Positions 11,131-25,235 of a stretch of 64,000 nt of DNA are shown piece after piece. Source of the DNA: Octopus bimaculoides (taxonomy: Eukaryota); NCBI RefSeq assembly GCF_001194135.2, contig NC_068988.1:64291823-64355822 (forward strand). The letters run 5' to 3'. The translations under genes were made by a program, and so were the position numbers. Each line of letters starts with the position of its first letter. Position 1 is the stretch's first letter. Below the pieces are notes generated by a model. The model did not search any database. It was not told the DNA's origin and worked only from the letters and a program-made list of their open reading frames with translations.

Positions 11131-12399
11131 TCCGAGAGGAGGTGGAAGGGGATTCTGGGGAGGAGTTCTTTGCCTCGAAGGACAAGAACTGGTAATCAGC
11201 GTGGGATTAAAGGACTAGCAGATCACAGATTTATTTAGCAATTATATAGCCAGTATATGGCTGGTAGGACCGACCCCACATGAGGATGAAAGGCAAAGTC
11301 GATTTCTGCAGGATTTAATGTAAAATCTAGTCACCGAAATGTTGCAACGTTGTATGAAAATGAAAGAATTTAATACTAAATTTCGAGCTAAGGAGACAGT
11401 GTTGCGTAAAACCATGGGCACACTGGGCAGTTACGCTAGGTTTCCACGGGTCTAGGACCACAATATGTTCAGTAGTTGTGCATGTAAGGACCCCTGTGTA
11501 TCAGTTTTGTGGAGCGCGGGGATCGGGGAGTAATGATGCTGTTGAAACGACCCTATTAAGAGGTACCCTATAAACGAGGGATGAGGAGACGTGCGCCTGC
11601 GTGTGAAATTTCAGCTGTATTCCAGTTTGAAATAATTCGTTGACGAAATTCTCTAAAATCCTCGTCTGAATGGGATTTTTTTTTTCTGTTTTTTTAAGAA
11701 CGGTTTAAGCCTAAAATCCAAAACAAGTAATTTAATATAACTTATTTTCAACACTCCACAGGGTATTTAAAATATTATAATTAGTGTCTGGTTAATTAAT
11801 GTTCTCGAATATTTTAATTGAAGTCGCTTAGTCTGGCCGCATGCATACTGATTAAGTAGGTAGCATCATCTATCTCAGTGTAGATGCACCTCCCTCCACA
11901 CAAGTGCTTGTGCGCTTACAGCTCCGCCTTTGGTGTTAAAAAGCCTGTCTAATTCTGTCCTACATCAACCACCGACTTGTTAGACTTAGCAACCAAATCA
12001 CCTCAGCTCATAATATTTTATCATCTTTTAGAAAGGGATTCAATCGTATAATACAGTCGTAGCTACACTGCAGCCAACTGATACCCGTGAGCGAGTATGA
12101 CTTGGTAACGTGTACCATGCTTTCGCTAATTCTTTTAGGCATCTATGTGGTCGTGGGCAGGCGTAGACTTCCCCCACCAGAACATTGAAGATCTGATAAT
12201 TGTAGATGGGTGGAGAAGATGCATCGACACCCAGTTCGTAGTCATTGTCAGCTGCGTAAATTGGAGCAACATAAAATAAAGTAACTACGCTATCCTGTAA
12301 AGGAATTGAACCAACGACTTTATGATTAAGAGCCGAACACTCTAACCGTTAGACCACGTGCGTTCACATAGAGAGGTTATCATTTATCTTTAACTTTTT

Positions 12400-12640
12400 T
12401 ATTTCTGTTAGTCATTGGACTGCGGCCTTGCTGGGGCACCATCTTGAAGAGTTTTAGTCGAACGAATCGACCCAGAGCTAGTGTTGCTTTTTTGTAGTTG
12501 TTACTTTTTTTTTTTAAGTGAGGTACTTGTTCGGTCGGTCTCTTTTACCGAACCACTAAATTACGGGGACGTAAACAAACTAACACCAGTTGTCAGGCTT
12601 TGTGGTGGGATGACAAACACAAGCACGAGAACACACACAT
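12400..12640 (-). mobile_element. SINE family A-related 3' half, diverged
   Basis: Reverse complement resembles the family A 3' half (GTTTACGTCCCCGTAA...GGTCGATT). Confidence 0.75.
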
Positions 12641-12651
12641 ATACATAGATA

Positions 12652-13170
12652 TATAGGTGCATGAGTGGCTGTATGGTGAGAAGCTTTCTTCCCAATCACA
12701 TGGTTCAGAGTTCAGTCCCGCTGCGTGGTACCTTGGCCAAGTGTTTTCTACTATAGCCTCCGGCCGACCAAATCTTTCTGAGTGGATTTGGTAGACGGAA
12801 ACTGAAAGAAGCCCGTTGTATATATATATATATATATATATATATANNNNNNNNNNNNNNNNNNNNNNNNNNNNNNNNNNNNNNNNNNNNNNNNNNNNNN
12901 NNNNNNNNNNNNNNNNNNNNNNNNNNNNNNNNNNNNNNNNNNNNNNNNNNNNNTGTGTGTGTATTTGTGTGTCTGTGTTTGTACCCCCACCATCACTTGA
13001 CAACCGATGTTGGTGTGTTCACGTCCCCGTAACTTAGGGGTTCGGTAAAAAGGGAACCGATAGAATAAGTACTAGGCTTACAAAGAATAAGTCCTGGGGT
13101 CGATTTGCTCGACTAAAGGTGATGTTCCAGCATGGCCGCAGTCAAATGACTGAAACAAGTAAAAAAAAAA
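12652..13170 (+). mobile_element. SINE family A, full length with an internal gap
   Basis: Head ATAGGTGCATGAGTGGCTGTATGG; tail GACTGAAACAAGTAAAA. Confidence 0.9.
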
Positions 13171-14087
13171 GAATATATATATATATATATATATAATCCG
13201 TTTGCTAAAAATCCCACATGGCACTAGTCGGACCGGATCTAAATTGAAGATGCATGCTAAATGCGAACATGAAAGCATGTGATTGCAAAGTGAGTTTGGT
13301 AACCAACTGGCCGTGCCTGCCCCTCTTTATGAAAAAGAATAAAATAAAATAAAAGGATGTAACGGTCATAGTTGGAATGCTGTCTTTGATCAAAGGTCTG
13401 CTGAACAGAGCTAACCTGGTAATAACAACTAGAGTTCTTGTTGTTGCTTTTGTCGTGTTAAAATAATTAACAATTTAATTAATTTGCACACACAAAAAAA
13501 TAGTGAAATATCAAATGTATTTTCTGCTTGATTTCTTCTAATTAGACATATCGGTGACCAAGTTCAGTTCACTGAGAACTAGCTTCTGAATTAGAAGTAC
13601 CCGCCCTGTAATTTGCGGAATCCCCAGTTGGGGAATCGCAAAATTAGTAACTGGGGGCCGGTGAGCTGTATGCAAAATTTTAAGAGGCTGCAGCCTAGAA
13701 CGTAATTAGTTACATGCATTCAGATGGACATAGACGTTACTGTCTCGAGTCCCAGGACTGTTAAGGCCGCTTACCCGGTTTTTCATGGGGTATGAGTAAT
13801 TGAGATCACAACATTCTCCCTGAGCGGGTGGTGCAAGACTACTGCATGGTTAGATATTTAAGCTGAGTGAAATGGGGCAACGTAAAATGAAGTGTTTTCT
13901 TCAATAAGACATCGCACTTCCGTCTGGGAATTGAAACTACGATTTAGTGATCGTAAATACAACACCCTAACCAGTAGGTCACGCACCTTCACAAACATTC
14001 AGGTGTTTAATCAATAATTATCTGTTCAAGTTGTTCTAGACTGCGGCCTTAATTCGTTATGTACTGCATTATATAGTGTGTGTGTGA

Positions 14088-14451
14088 GTGGAGGCGCAAT
14101 GGCCCAGTGGTCATAGGAAAGCGGTTTCGATTCCCAGACTGGGCGTTGTGAGTGTTTATTTAGCGAAAACACCCAAAGCTCCACGAGGCTCCGGCAGATG
14201 ATGGTGGCGAACCCTGCTGTGCTCTTCCACCACAACTTTCTCTCACTCTTACTTCCTGTTTCTGTTGTGCCTGCAATTCAAAGGGTCAGCCTTGTCACAC
14301 TGTGTCACGCTGAATATCCCCGAGAACTATGTTAAGGGTACACGTGTCTGTGGAGTGCTCAGCCACTTGCACGTTAATTTCACGAGCAGGCTGTTCCGTT
14401 GATCGGATCAACTGGAACCCTCGACGTCGTAAGCGACGGAGTGCCAACAAC
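14088..14451 (+). mobile_element. tRNA-derived SINE family C
   Basis: A-box TGGCCCAGTGG and B-box GGTTTCGATTCCC. Ends GACGGAGTGCCAACAAC, an RTE-type tail as recalled. Confidence 0.75.
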
Positions 14452-14689
14452 TGTATAGTGTGTATGTGAGAGTATGTGTCTGTGTTTACGTATACTTGGT
14501 ATATTGCATTCTTCTGACCATTGTCATCATGGGGGTGACCTCCGTTGCCCTTTAGTGAACCTACGATGAATAGTTATTCGGATTTCTTCCCTTACGGTTG
14601 GTCCACCCGTTCTATTTTAGTAAAGAGGAGAAAATCTATCTCTCGATCATTTACCTCGTAGCAATAACAATTCTTCTTAGTTCTTTTGC

Positions 14690-14895
14690 ACAGGCGAATA
14701 GTTTCCAGAAGAGAGGACAAGTCGATTAGATAAACCCCAATATTTGATTGATATTTTATTTTATCGACCCTCCAAGGCTGTAAAACAAAAATCGATTTTA
14801 GTGGAATTAAATTCAAAACGTAGTTAAATCGGAAGAAATACCGCAAAGCACGTTTTACCGACACTCTAACAATTCTGCCAGCATACCGCCTTAGC
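14690..14895 (-). mobile_element. SINE family B, diverged
   Basis: Reverse complement begins AAGGCGGTATGCTGGCAGAATTGTTAG. Confidence 0.7.
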
Positions 14896-15663
14896 TTTGC
14901 AGCAATAATAATTAAAATGCCATTGAAGATTCGTGTTTACTTTATTGCTTATTTATTTTGTAGTTAATAAAAATATTAAAGTTACAATCATTAATGTGTA
15001 TTTTGGTTTATGAACATCCTCATTAAGTTTCAAATTTGGAAAATTGTATCTAATTCAAAACATTTAGTTATGAGTTCATCGCGTTGGAGTGACCCAAAGA
15101 GTGAAATATGTATGTCATGGGAACTTTGATTTCGTTTATCCAAATCTNNNNNNNNNNCACTTTTTTTTTTTTAATTAGCGACAAAATAAAGCGAAAATTA
15201 ATTCGTGAGAGAAGCAGGTCTAAAGCTAACCTGAAGTGGAGAGAGAGCATATCATTGAAGAGGTGGCGAACGGAGAACGAAAGGACTTTGACAAATATAA
15301 CTGACTGATTGAGAAATCTCTCAAGATTTAATCAAACAATTGATTTGTTTAATGAATTAAATAGCAAACCAACTGGTCACCTGGAATGAAATTCCAAGAG
15401 GTCATGTATGTTGTATTCACATGGACACGCTGGCGCGATCTTATACTAGCGTGAGATGTGTTTACATTTATGAATAAGAAACATTTAGAGAAAGAATGAG
15501 AAGCACTCAAAACGCTATTGATACATATGGGGCCGATCCATCCACCCATCCATAAATACATAAATACATCAATCCATACATACATACATACATACATAGT
15601 AAAACTTTCCAGAAGTTTATCATTTAAATATATATATGTGCATGCAACTATATGCATGATAAT

Positions 15664-15836
15664 ATAGGCGCAGGAGTGGCTGTATGGTAAGTAGCTTGCT
15701 TACCAACCACATGGTTCGGATTCAGTCCCACTGCGTGGCATCTTGGGCAAGTGCCTTCTACTATAGCCTCGAGCCGACCAAAGCCTTGTGAGTAGATTTG
15801 GTAGACGGAAACTGAAAGAAGCCCGTCGTATATATG

Positions 15837-15884
<48 letters not shown>

Positions 15885-16090
15885 TGTGTCTGTCCCCCTA
15901 GCATTGCTTGACAATCGGTGCTGGTGTATTTATGTCCCTGTCACTTAGCGGTTCGGCAAAAGAGACCGATTGAAAAAGTACTAAGCTTACAAAGAATAAG
16001 TCCCGGGGTCGATTTGCTCGACTAAAGTGGTGCTCCAGCATGGCCGCAGTCAAATGACTGAAACAAGTAAAAAAAAAAAGAGTAAAAGAG
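15664..16090 (+). mobile_element. SINE family A, full length
   Basis: Highly similar to 817-1260. Confidence 0.9.
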
Positions 16091-16791
16091 ACATAAAGCA
16101 AAACATACGAATCTGCACATATACTTACATACATACAAAAATACCTTGTTGTTGATGTTGAAATTCCAATAAAGGAGCCTTAGATATAGGTTAGAAACCA
16201 GCTCTTTCTCTTTTGGCAAGAAATCTTGAAATAAAACTAAACAATCACATACATACATACATTTTCATACCGGCACGATCAGGTGGAAAGACAAGTGTTA
16301 ATTGACTAAATACTCCGCTTGTATATTACTAAAATATATTCAATCAAGTTAAATATCTGTATTTTGAGTAGACACAAAGTTCTACATCATTTATAGGGCC
16401 AGTCTAGTTCAACAGCAGCTGAAGAGATAACATATTCACCGAACCCTCTCAGTGTCCCCTAAATTAACTTGTGGTAAATATTTCATATCTTCTTCGTGCG
16501 TATATTTGATGTCCCTTCTACCCGTTTGTTTAAGCCGTAGCTCCGACTATCTGTTCAATCGACATGTACTCTCACCGGGTGAATATTTCGTTTCGATGAA
16601 CTAAAACTGCACTACTTAGGTTTGTTCGTGTCTCTCTAGTATATAAGTGTATATATATGTGTGTGTTTATGTTAGTGTGTGCCTGACCGTCTGCGTATAT
16701 TAAATCCGTTTTCCTCGTCTGATTTTGCTAATGGGCAGAAAAAAGTAAATCTGCTGGAGAGAAATTACACACACATACACAAACACAAACA

Positions 16792-16833
<42 letters not shown>

Positions 16834-17058
16834 TACATAGACTCATATATACATAAACACGCACACTTAAAGGAACTCCCATGCAATAACATGCACATAC
16901 ATAAACACACAAATTCGTGCACATTGAGGTATTCTCACACAAATACATATATAGACATATACATGCTTAAACACACACACACACACACACATCCATAAAC
17001 ATACATATACACTACATAAAGATATTTATAGACACATACACACACACTACTATGATGT

Positions 17059-17121
<63 letters not shown>

Positions 17122-17332
17122 CAGACAGAAACAAAACATACAATAAAATATACACCTACTCTTTAACTGCCAAAATAAGCAACAGAAATATTGACCTAGA
17201 TGGTGTACTTTTCAATCCACAATTGACCTCTACCCCTGACATGTATCCGGGTACGGGGGTGGACCTATATTTTCGATTACCCAGGTACAAAGTAGGACTA
17301 CTTCTACTTCTGCAGGTACGGGTGTCAGAATG

Positions 17333-17393
<61 letters not shown>

Positions 17394-17444
17394 ACACATA
17401 CATACATACATAGCTGTATACATGTATATATATATATATAAATA

Positions 17445-17505
<61 letters not shown>

Positions 17506-17610
17506 ATACACACACACATACATACATACATTCGTTGAAACTTAGAGATCACCGGATTACTCAGGTATGTATGTATGTATGGATGTATGTATGTATGTAT
17601 GTATGTATGT

Positions 17611-17712
17611 CATCGTTCAATTTATTTCAAGATTTCTTGCCAATAAAGAAAGAACCGGTTTCTAACCTAGATCCAAGGCTCCTTCATTGGAATTTCAACA
17701 TCAACACCACAG
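17611..17712 (+). repeat. ~100-bp element embedded in (TATG)n; inverted copy at 16147-16245
   Basis: TTTATTTCAAGATTTCTTGCCAA...TTCTAACCTA...AGGCTCCTT.ATTGGAATTTCAACATCAAC occurs on both strands. Confidence 0.85.
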
Positions 17713-17991
17713 TAGTATGTATGTTCATGTGTGTATGTGTACTAGTATGGATAAACCAACATCTGTGGATTTAAATACGTATAAACATAGGTATGTCCAT
17801 GTATAGATATGTTTACAAGTCTGTGTGTGTGTGTATATAAAATTATTACAGGTTCAACTTCAGGAATGTCTTACATATTTTGACACCGCTATTAATGCCT
17901 TCTAGCTGTAATTTCCTCTGTGTGTGTGTGTATTTACATATATATATGTATAAGTATATGAATGTATGTTAGAATGTAGTTATACATCTGA

Positions 17992-18037
<46 letters not shown>

Positions 18038-18237
18038 GCGCACACACGCACATATATATAAATGTAATATATGTATAAGTATGTATATGTGCATGTATGT
18101 ATATTTGTATGCTTATATATATATGTGTGTGTTTGTGTGAGTGTATGCGTGTATATGTATAGGTGTGTGTATATGTGCATGGGTTTATGAGCATACATAT
18201 GTTTATATGTTTGCATATATATATATGTGTGTATGTA

Positions 18238-18324
<87 letters not shown>

Positions 18325-18867
18325 GTCTGTATATGTTGTGCATACATAAAATGTGAGTGACTGCGTATGTGTGATTATGTACGTATGTATTTATGCACGT
18401 GTATGTTTATGTATGAATATGTATGTGGCTATAATTTTGTGCATGTATATGTGAACATATGACCATCCGAATGTGTGTGTGTGTGTGTGTATGTGTGTGT
18501 GTGTGTGTGTGTATGTGTGTGTGTGTGTGTGTGGTTTATATATATTGTATAATTCATTTGGCGCTAGTTCTGACTACATACCTCGTTAACAAGGCATTGT
18601 AATGGATACGTGCAAAGGTAATAATGTACATACAAGCATATGTATGTGTGTGTGTGTGTGTGCGTGCGTGGGTGTGTGTGTGTACATGTATGTCGATTAC
18701 CACTTATACATCTCCCACCGCCACCACCAAGTATGTGAACTGGCTTGCTAAAAGACAGAGGGCTGGAGATAGAGAAATCAACACACTCCCACACTCTCCC
18801 AAACACATACACATATACATACAAATACGTTATTATACGTCCTCTTGTATGTAGATTGGCTATTTAA

Positions 18868-18911
<44 letters not shown>

Positions 18912-18970
18912 AAGAAGAGGGAAACACGTACAGACACTTAGACGCCTTCATGCATGTAGAATGCATTGAG

Positions 18971-19030
<60 letters not shown>

Positions 19031-19109
19031 GATACACAAACAGATGGACAGGAACAAGTGGTCTAAGAATAGAGACACATACACACACGCTATTCATACA
19101 CACACATAC

Positions 19110-19192
<83 letters not shown>

Positions 19193-20315
19193 TGTCTCTG
19201 AATACGTTCTGGTCTTGTTCAGTAATACTTAAATATTCTGACTGAACGATTAAGTAACCACCATTTCATGTTGAGTCTAAAAAGTAGGTCGACACCCCTA
19301 CAGAGAGACTAACATAAAAAGCAAACAGTCCGTCCGCCACTATAACTATCCTGCTATGATTGTCAATTTTATGCAACCATTTCAACAATATGGCTGCGAG
19401 AAAATACCTCACGAGAACGCTCTGCATACTAAATACTACGAATAAATCAGGTCTCTTATATGTAAGACAGGGAGTTGGGGGAAAACGTTTTCACTCAACT
19501 GAGAATTATTCAAATATTTAGTGGACATGAAACTCAATATACGGAGTGTACCTCGGGTGATTAACTACAAAAAGGGAGACAATCGCTTTTGGATTAAGTT
19601 GAGACAGATTTGAAAGGTTGGAATTTACATCAAGTCGTACGTTATAAATTTCGTAAATTACTAATCATTGGTAGCCACGTATAGCGCTATTTCATCCTTT
19701 TTTAGAATCGTCAGTACAGCATAATTCTAGATAAATAAATTAAACTAAACTCAATTTTTTACGAAGTTAGATATTTCTTATCGAGAAAAAAATAGTTTAT
19801 TTTTTTAAAGGCATTCTTTATCTTTTTTATTCTTTTTGTTTTTGTTGCTTTTTTTTTTCATCCTCAGGTCATTAATAGTTCTTAAGAACTAATAGTTCTT
19901 AAAATATTTCTTACTTATAGGTTAATATTTCCCATATAGATGTGATTGAAATCTGAAACAAATGAGACCCTTGCTATTATTAATCTGGGTAACAATGAAG
20001 ATGACTGTTCTACTGCTTGAATGCTATTACCTAATCCTTGTCCTAAATTAGACATGGCTTCAGTAAACAAAGCCCCTGCCTCCTGCCACTATGTCGTCTA
20101 ATATCTAAGCTGACCATTCTATTGTTATTTCGCTACGAGGCATCGAAGATAAAATACCAACGACTTCCTATCAGTGAATCAAACGAAAGCGACGATAAAA
20201 AAATGTACAAAGTACCTTCCATAAATTTTGGGAATTCTTTTTTTTTTAGGAGAGGCAGTTATAACTGTTCTAGATTATTGTAATTTTAGTATATTATTAG
20301 TATATATATCTAATG

Positions 20316-20622
20316 GTGGAGGCGCGTGGCCTAGGGATTAGGATGTCAGCACCATGATCGTAAGATTGTGGTTTCGATTCCTGGACCGGGCGACGCGTTG
20401 TTCTTGAGCAAAACACTTCATTTCACGTTGCTCCAGTCCACTCAGCTGGCAAAAATGAGTAACGCTCCGATGGACTGGCGTCCAGCTGGGTGACACATAC
20501 GCCATTGAAACCGGGAAACGGGCCCATGAGCCTAGCTAGGCTTTAAAATGGCGCAAGTGGAGGCGCGTGTTTTAGTGGTTAGGGTGACAGCATCATGATC
20601 GTAAGATTGTGGTTTCGGTTCC
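20316..20622 (+). mobile_element. tRNA-derived SINE family D (20316-20555) followed by a second head fragment (20557-20622)
   Basis: The head GTGGAGGCGCGTG...GGTTTCG.TTCC is duplicated. Related diverged copies lie on the minus strand at ~12200-12368 and ~13850-13990. Confidence 0.8.
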
Positions 20623-20624
20623 AT

Positions 20625-20890
20625 CATCTCCTGGGTTCAAACGGTCAACAAAGAGTACCTTTGGGAGGTTTTCATCGAGTTCTGGGGGAGATTTCGTTGC
20701 AACAGGCCAGAACACCTGCACCAGGACAGTGCACTAGTTCACAGTTCCATCCTGGTAACAAACAGCGGTTGGCATCATCAAAACTGTCCCTCATCCTCCC
20801 CACACTTCAGATCTTGCTCCATGAGACTATTTGTTGTTCCCCAAGATGAAGAGGATGAAGGAGGCTGTGACAAGGGTCTTGGACATCATT
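20625..20890 (+). mobile_element. Tc1/mariner transposase relic (C-terminal catalytic region)
   Basis: Frameshifted translation TVNKEY...LHQDSALVHSSILVT / GIIKTVPHPPHTSDLAP*DYLLFPK...MKEAVTRVLD matches the mariner motifs HxDNAxxH and HPPYSPDLAPxD. Confidence 0.75.
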
Positions 20891-20894
20891 TGAT

Positions 20895-21232
20895 TGTGGC
20901 CATGCTGGAACACCGCCTTTAGTCGAGCAAATCGACCCCAGGACCTATTCTTTGTAAGCCTAGTACTTATTCTATCGGTCTCTTTTGCCGAACCGCTACG
21001 TTACGGGGACGTAAACACACCACCATCGGTTGTCAAGCGATACTGGGGGAACAAACACAGACACACAAACATATACACATACATACGTATATATATATAT
21101 ATATATATATATACGACGGGCTTCTTTCAGTTTCCTTCTACCAAATCCACTCACAAGGCTATAGTAGAGGACACTTGCCCAAGGTGCCATGCAGTGAGGA
21201 CTGAACCCGGAACCATGTAGTTCGTAAGCAAG
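20895..21232 (-). mobile_element. SINE family A, truncated at both ends
   Basis: Reverse complement matches the family A body. Confidence 0.9.
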
Positions 21233-22294
21233 TTAATACAAAATGGGACAAGAACGCAAAACATCCAGACAGTTAGGTGATACAAGAAAGGGACAACAAA
21301 ACATATATATATATATATATATATATANNNNNNNNNNNNNNNNNNNNNNNNNNNNNNNNNNNNNNNNNNNNNNNNNNNNNNNNNNNNNNNNNNNNNNNNN
21401 NNNNNNNNNNNNNNNNNNNNNNNNNNNNNNNNNNNNNNNNNNNNNNNNNNNNNNNNNNNNNNNNNNNNNNNNNNNNNNNNNNNNNNNNNNNNNNNNNNNN
21501 NNNNNNNNNNNNNNNNNNNNNNNNNNNNNNNNNNNNNNNNNNNNNNNNNNNNNNNNNNNNNNNNNNNNNNNNNNNNNNNNNNNNNNNNNNNNNNNNNNNN
21601 NNNNNNNNNNNNNNNNNNNNNNNNNNNNNNNNNNNNNNNNNNNNNNNNNNNNNNNNNNNNNNNNNNNNNNNNNNNNNNNNNNNNNNNNNNNNNNNNNNNN
21701 NNNNNNNNNNNNNNNNNNNNNNNNNNNNNNNNNNNNNNNNNNNNNNNNNNNNNNNNNNNNNNNNNNNNNNNNNNNNNNNNNNNNNNNNNNNNNNNNNNNN
21801 NNNNNNNNNNNNNNNNNNNNNNNNNNNNNNNNNNNNNNNNNNNNNNNNNNNNNNNNNNNNNNNNNNNNNNNNNNNNNNNNNNNNNNNNNNNNNNNNNNNN
21901 NNNNNNNNNNNNNNNNNNNNNNNNNNNNNNNNNNNNNNNNNNNNNNNNNNNNNNNNNNNNNNNNNNNNNNNNNNNNNNNNNNNNNNNNNNNNNNNNNNNN
22001 NNNNNNNNNNNNNNNNNNNNNNNNNNNNNNNNNNNNNNNNNNNNNNNNNNNNNNNNNNNNNNNNNNNNNNNNNNNNNNNNNNNNNNNNNNNNNNNNNNNN
22101 NNNNNNNNNNNNNNNNNNNNNNNNNNNNNNNNNNNNNNNNNNNNNNNNNNNNNNNNNNNNNNNNNNNNNNNNNNNNNNNNNNNNNNNNNNNNNNNNNNNN
22201 NNNNNNNNNNNNNNNNNNNNNNNNNNNNNNNNNNNNNNNNNNNNNNNNNNNNNNNNNNNNNNNNNNNNNNNNNNNNNNNNNNNNNNNNNNNNNN

Positions 22295-22341
<47 letters not shown>

Positions 22342-22469
22342 TGTATATATACATACATGTATATATACAGGGAGCGTAAGATATTTGAGGACAGATTTAT
22401 GTTTATAAAAAAACTGATATATAATAACAGTTAATAACTTTATTTTTTAAAAAATGATATGAGGATAAA

Positions 22470-23946
22470 AATAAACCTTCTTTTCGTAATGCCATTTTCC
22501 AGTGTGAGATCTAAATCATCTGCATGCTCGAATCAAGTGGTCCTGGTTCATTTTTGGACATTACTCTTACTATGATAGCTTTCAAAGAATCTTTGGTGTC
22601 ATATGCCTATTCATTGACCTCTCCCTCTCAACAACACTCCACATGTAATAGTCCAATGAGATCTGGGGAATTTAGGAGGCCAAATATTAGGGGTTATTTG
22701 CATATTTTCCAGTGGAGAGGTGAAAACACTTCGGAATTATTTATTTAGTGCTTCACTTTTCTTCCTCGTGTCTGCAGTTAGTGAGTCGTTTTTACCAAAT
22801 AGTGGCCAACGTATAGAAGGCATTAGGATTTCTTTTTATATTTTCGACTGCCCAGGTTTCTCTTTCTTCTCTTTCTTTTTCATGGGAGATTTCCAGTTTA
22901 TTTTCAACCTCTCTCAGATGGAATTTCACACTACCATTGAGGTTTTTGTGTAAACGATTCGAGATCTTTATTCTCCGCCGCATGTATAATCTCCTGTCTC
23001 GGGGAATGATGCTTTTGTGTGTATTGACTCCCTTCTCTGGGACATATTTAATGCATATGGCTCCCAAAATTGACATGAATTTATTAAGTTTCATATCTGT
23101 CTTGCATAGAGAGGCTTCTGAGCCGGTACTGCTGGAGTATGTTTTTCAAGTGACCTCCAGTCAGACTTATGGAAATTTAGGCTGGATAGGGTTTGAGCGC
23201 TATCTGTGCGGAGTTTATCTTTAGTTAATTCCGGGCCATACAGTGTCAGCTCTATCATGTTATGGTCTGAGAATATTGTCAGTGATACATTTACGTTGTG
23301 GATAATTTCCACATTGTTTGTGAAACAGAGGTCCAGGATATTTTTGTGCCTGGGTGGAGAGAGTATGATCTGCTCCATGAATAGCATTTTCGTATGATCA
23401 GGTAGAGATTCTGCTTGATTTCGCCCTTTGTGCATCATTCCTGGGGTTATGTTGCCCTCAGGCCACCTCATGTTGGGGACGTTGAAGTCACCCATCAGGA
23501 ATATAGTAAGTACGTTGATCCAATTGCATTAGTACTTCCTTTATCGCGCTGAGGCTTTCCTCAAATTTTCCATCATGATTTGAGGCATCAGGTGGGCGAT
23601 ATCGTGCGCATATCACGATATCAAGTTGCTTTAGATGTACTATGAGTGTGTCACACAGTGAGTTCGAGTTTGATAACAGGGTCAATGGTGTGTCATCTTC
23701 GCAGCTGTACATTGCAACTCCACCATGACTTCTTTTCCTTCTGTCTGTACGGAAGATAGCATACATTGATATGTGTATCTTCGCATCGTTTATGTCTGCA
23801 GATAGATGTGTTTCTGCAAACGCAATGCATATAGCGTGATTAGACGCAGAAAGATTCTTCAGGTACTCAATTTTGCATTTGGTGTGGTTCTGTAGCAGGC
23901 CTCTTAGATTTATTAGTAGAAATAGCGTTGGTTTTGGTGTATACAT
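22470..23946 (-). mobile_element. Degraded non-LTR retrotransposon (CR1/L2-like) ORF2 N-terminal part: APE endonuclease plus linker
   Basis: ORFs 23488-23946 and 23091-23495 join across one frameshift (~23510). Together they give the APE motifs INLRGL, FAETHL, RTDR, GGVAMY, YRPP, GDFN, ILDL and SDH. A linker-like stretch follows (ENIKRNPNAFY), with stops toward 22470. Confidence 0.9.
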
Positions 23947-25202
23947 ACATATATATATGTTGGCGTGTATGTATATATATATGTTGGAGTATATATATAT
24001 ATATATATATNNNNNNNNNNNNNNNNNNNNNNNNNNNNNNNNNNNNNNNNNNNNNNNNNNNNNNNNNNNNNNNNNNNNNNNNNNNNNNNNNNNNNNNNNN
24101 NNNNNNNNNNNNNNNNNNNNNNNNNNNNNNNNNNNNNNNNNNNNNNNNNNNNNNNNNNNNNNNNNNNNNNNNNNNNNNNNNNNNNNNNNNNNNNNNNNNN
24201 NNNNNNNNNNNNNNNNNNNNNNNNNNNNNNNNNNNNNNNNNNNNNNNNNNNNNNNNNNNNNNNNNNNNNNNNNNNNNNNNNNNNNNNNNNNNNNNNNNNN
24301 NNNNNNNNNNNNNNNNNNNNNNNNNNNNNNNNNNNNNNNNNNNNNNNNNNNNNNNNNNNNNNNNNNNNNNNNNNNNNNNNNNNNNNNNNNNNNNNNNNNN
24401 NNNNNNNNNNNNNNNNNNNNNNNATATATTCATTCATTCATGCACGTAAGTTAGTCGGTATTTATAAATGTGTATGTAAAGAAAAAAACGAAAGAGGAAA
24501 TGCATGAATGCAGGAGAGTATAAGAAGATAAAAAAAAGGAGATTGAATAACCAGAGAGTGAAAGAGAAACTGAATATAGCAATGAAATACATTGTATGAT
24601 AATTAAAGGACTAAAGGAATGAACGGAATAGAAATATAAAAGAATGAAGGAAATGATATCAAAGGAGATATGATGAGATGCTGACATAAAGAAGATATAG
24701 AAATACATCAGTATTATTTCGTTGGTATTTTCTTCAGGTTAATAAAGCTAATATGACGGACATGTTGCAACACTACCTTCTTTTATATGTACACACACTC
24801 GGACACACGCACACACGTATGTGTATGTATATATATATTGATGTATTTATACATATGTATATATGTATGTATATATATATGAGTGTATATATGCATGTAT
24901 GTATTTATATATATGTATGAATTTATATATACGTATATGTGCATGTATTTATATATATATATATATGTATTTATGTATGTATATATATAGATACATACAT
25001 TCTATATATAGATATGATTATAGGTACATAGACACACACACACATATATATATACACATTCATACATGTAGATGCATACATATATATATATATAGAGAGA
25101 GAGAGAGAGGGATACATACATATATATAAATATATATTCAAATATATTCATATATATATAGAAAGATAGATAGATACATACATACATACATACATACGTT
25201 TT

Positions 25203-25235
<33 letters not shown>

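Noticed and set aside
21233-22434. Long ORFs of 360-385 aa, and similar ORFs elsewhere spanning X runs
   Set aside because: They are open only because they cross N gaps and microsatellites.
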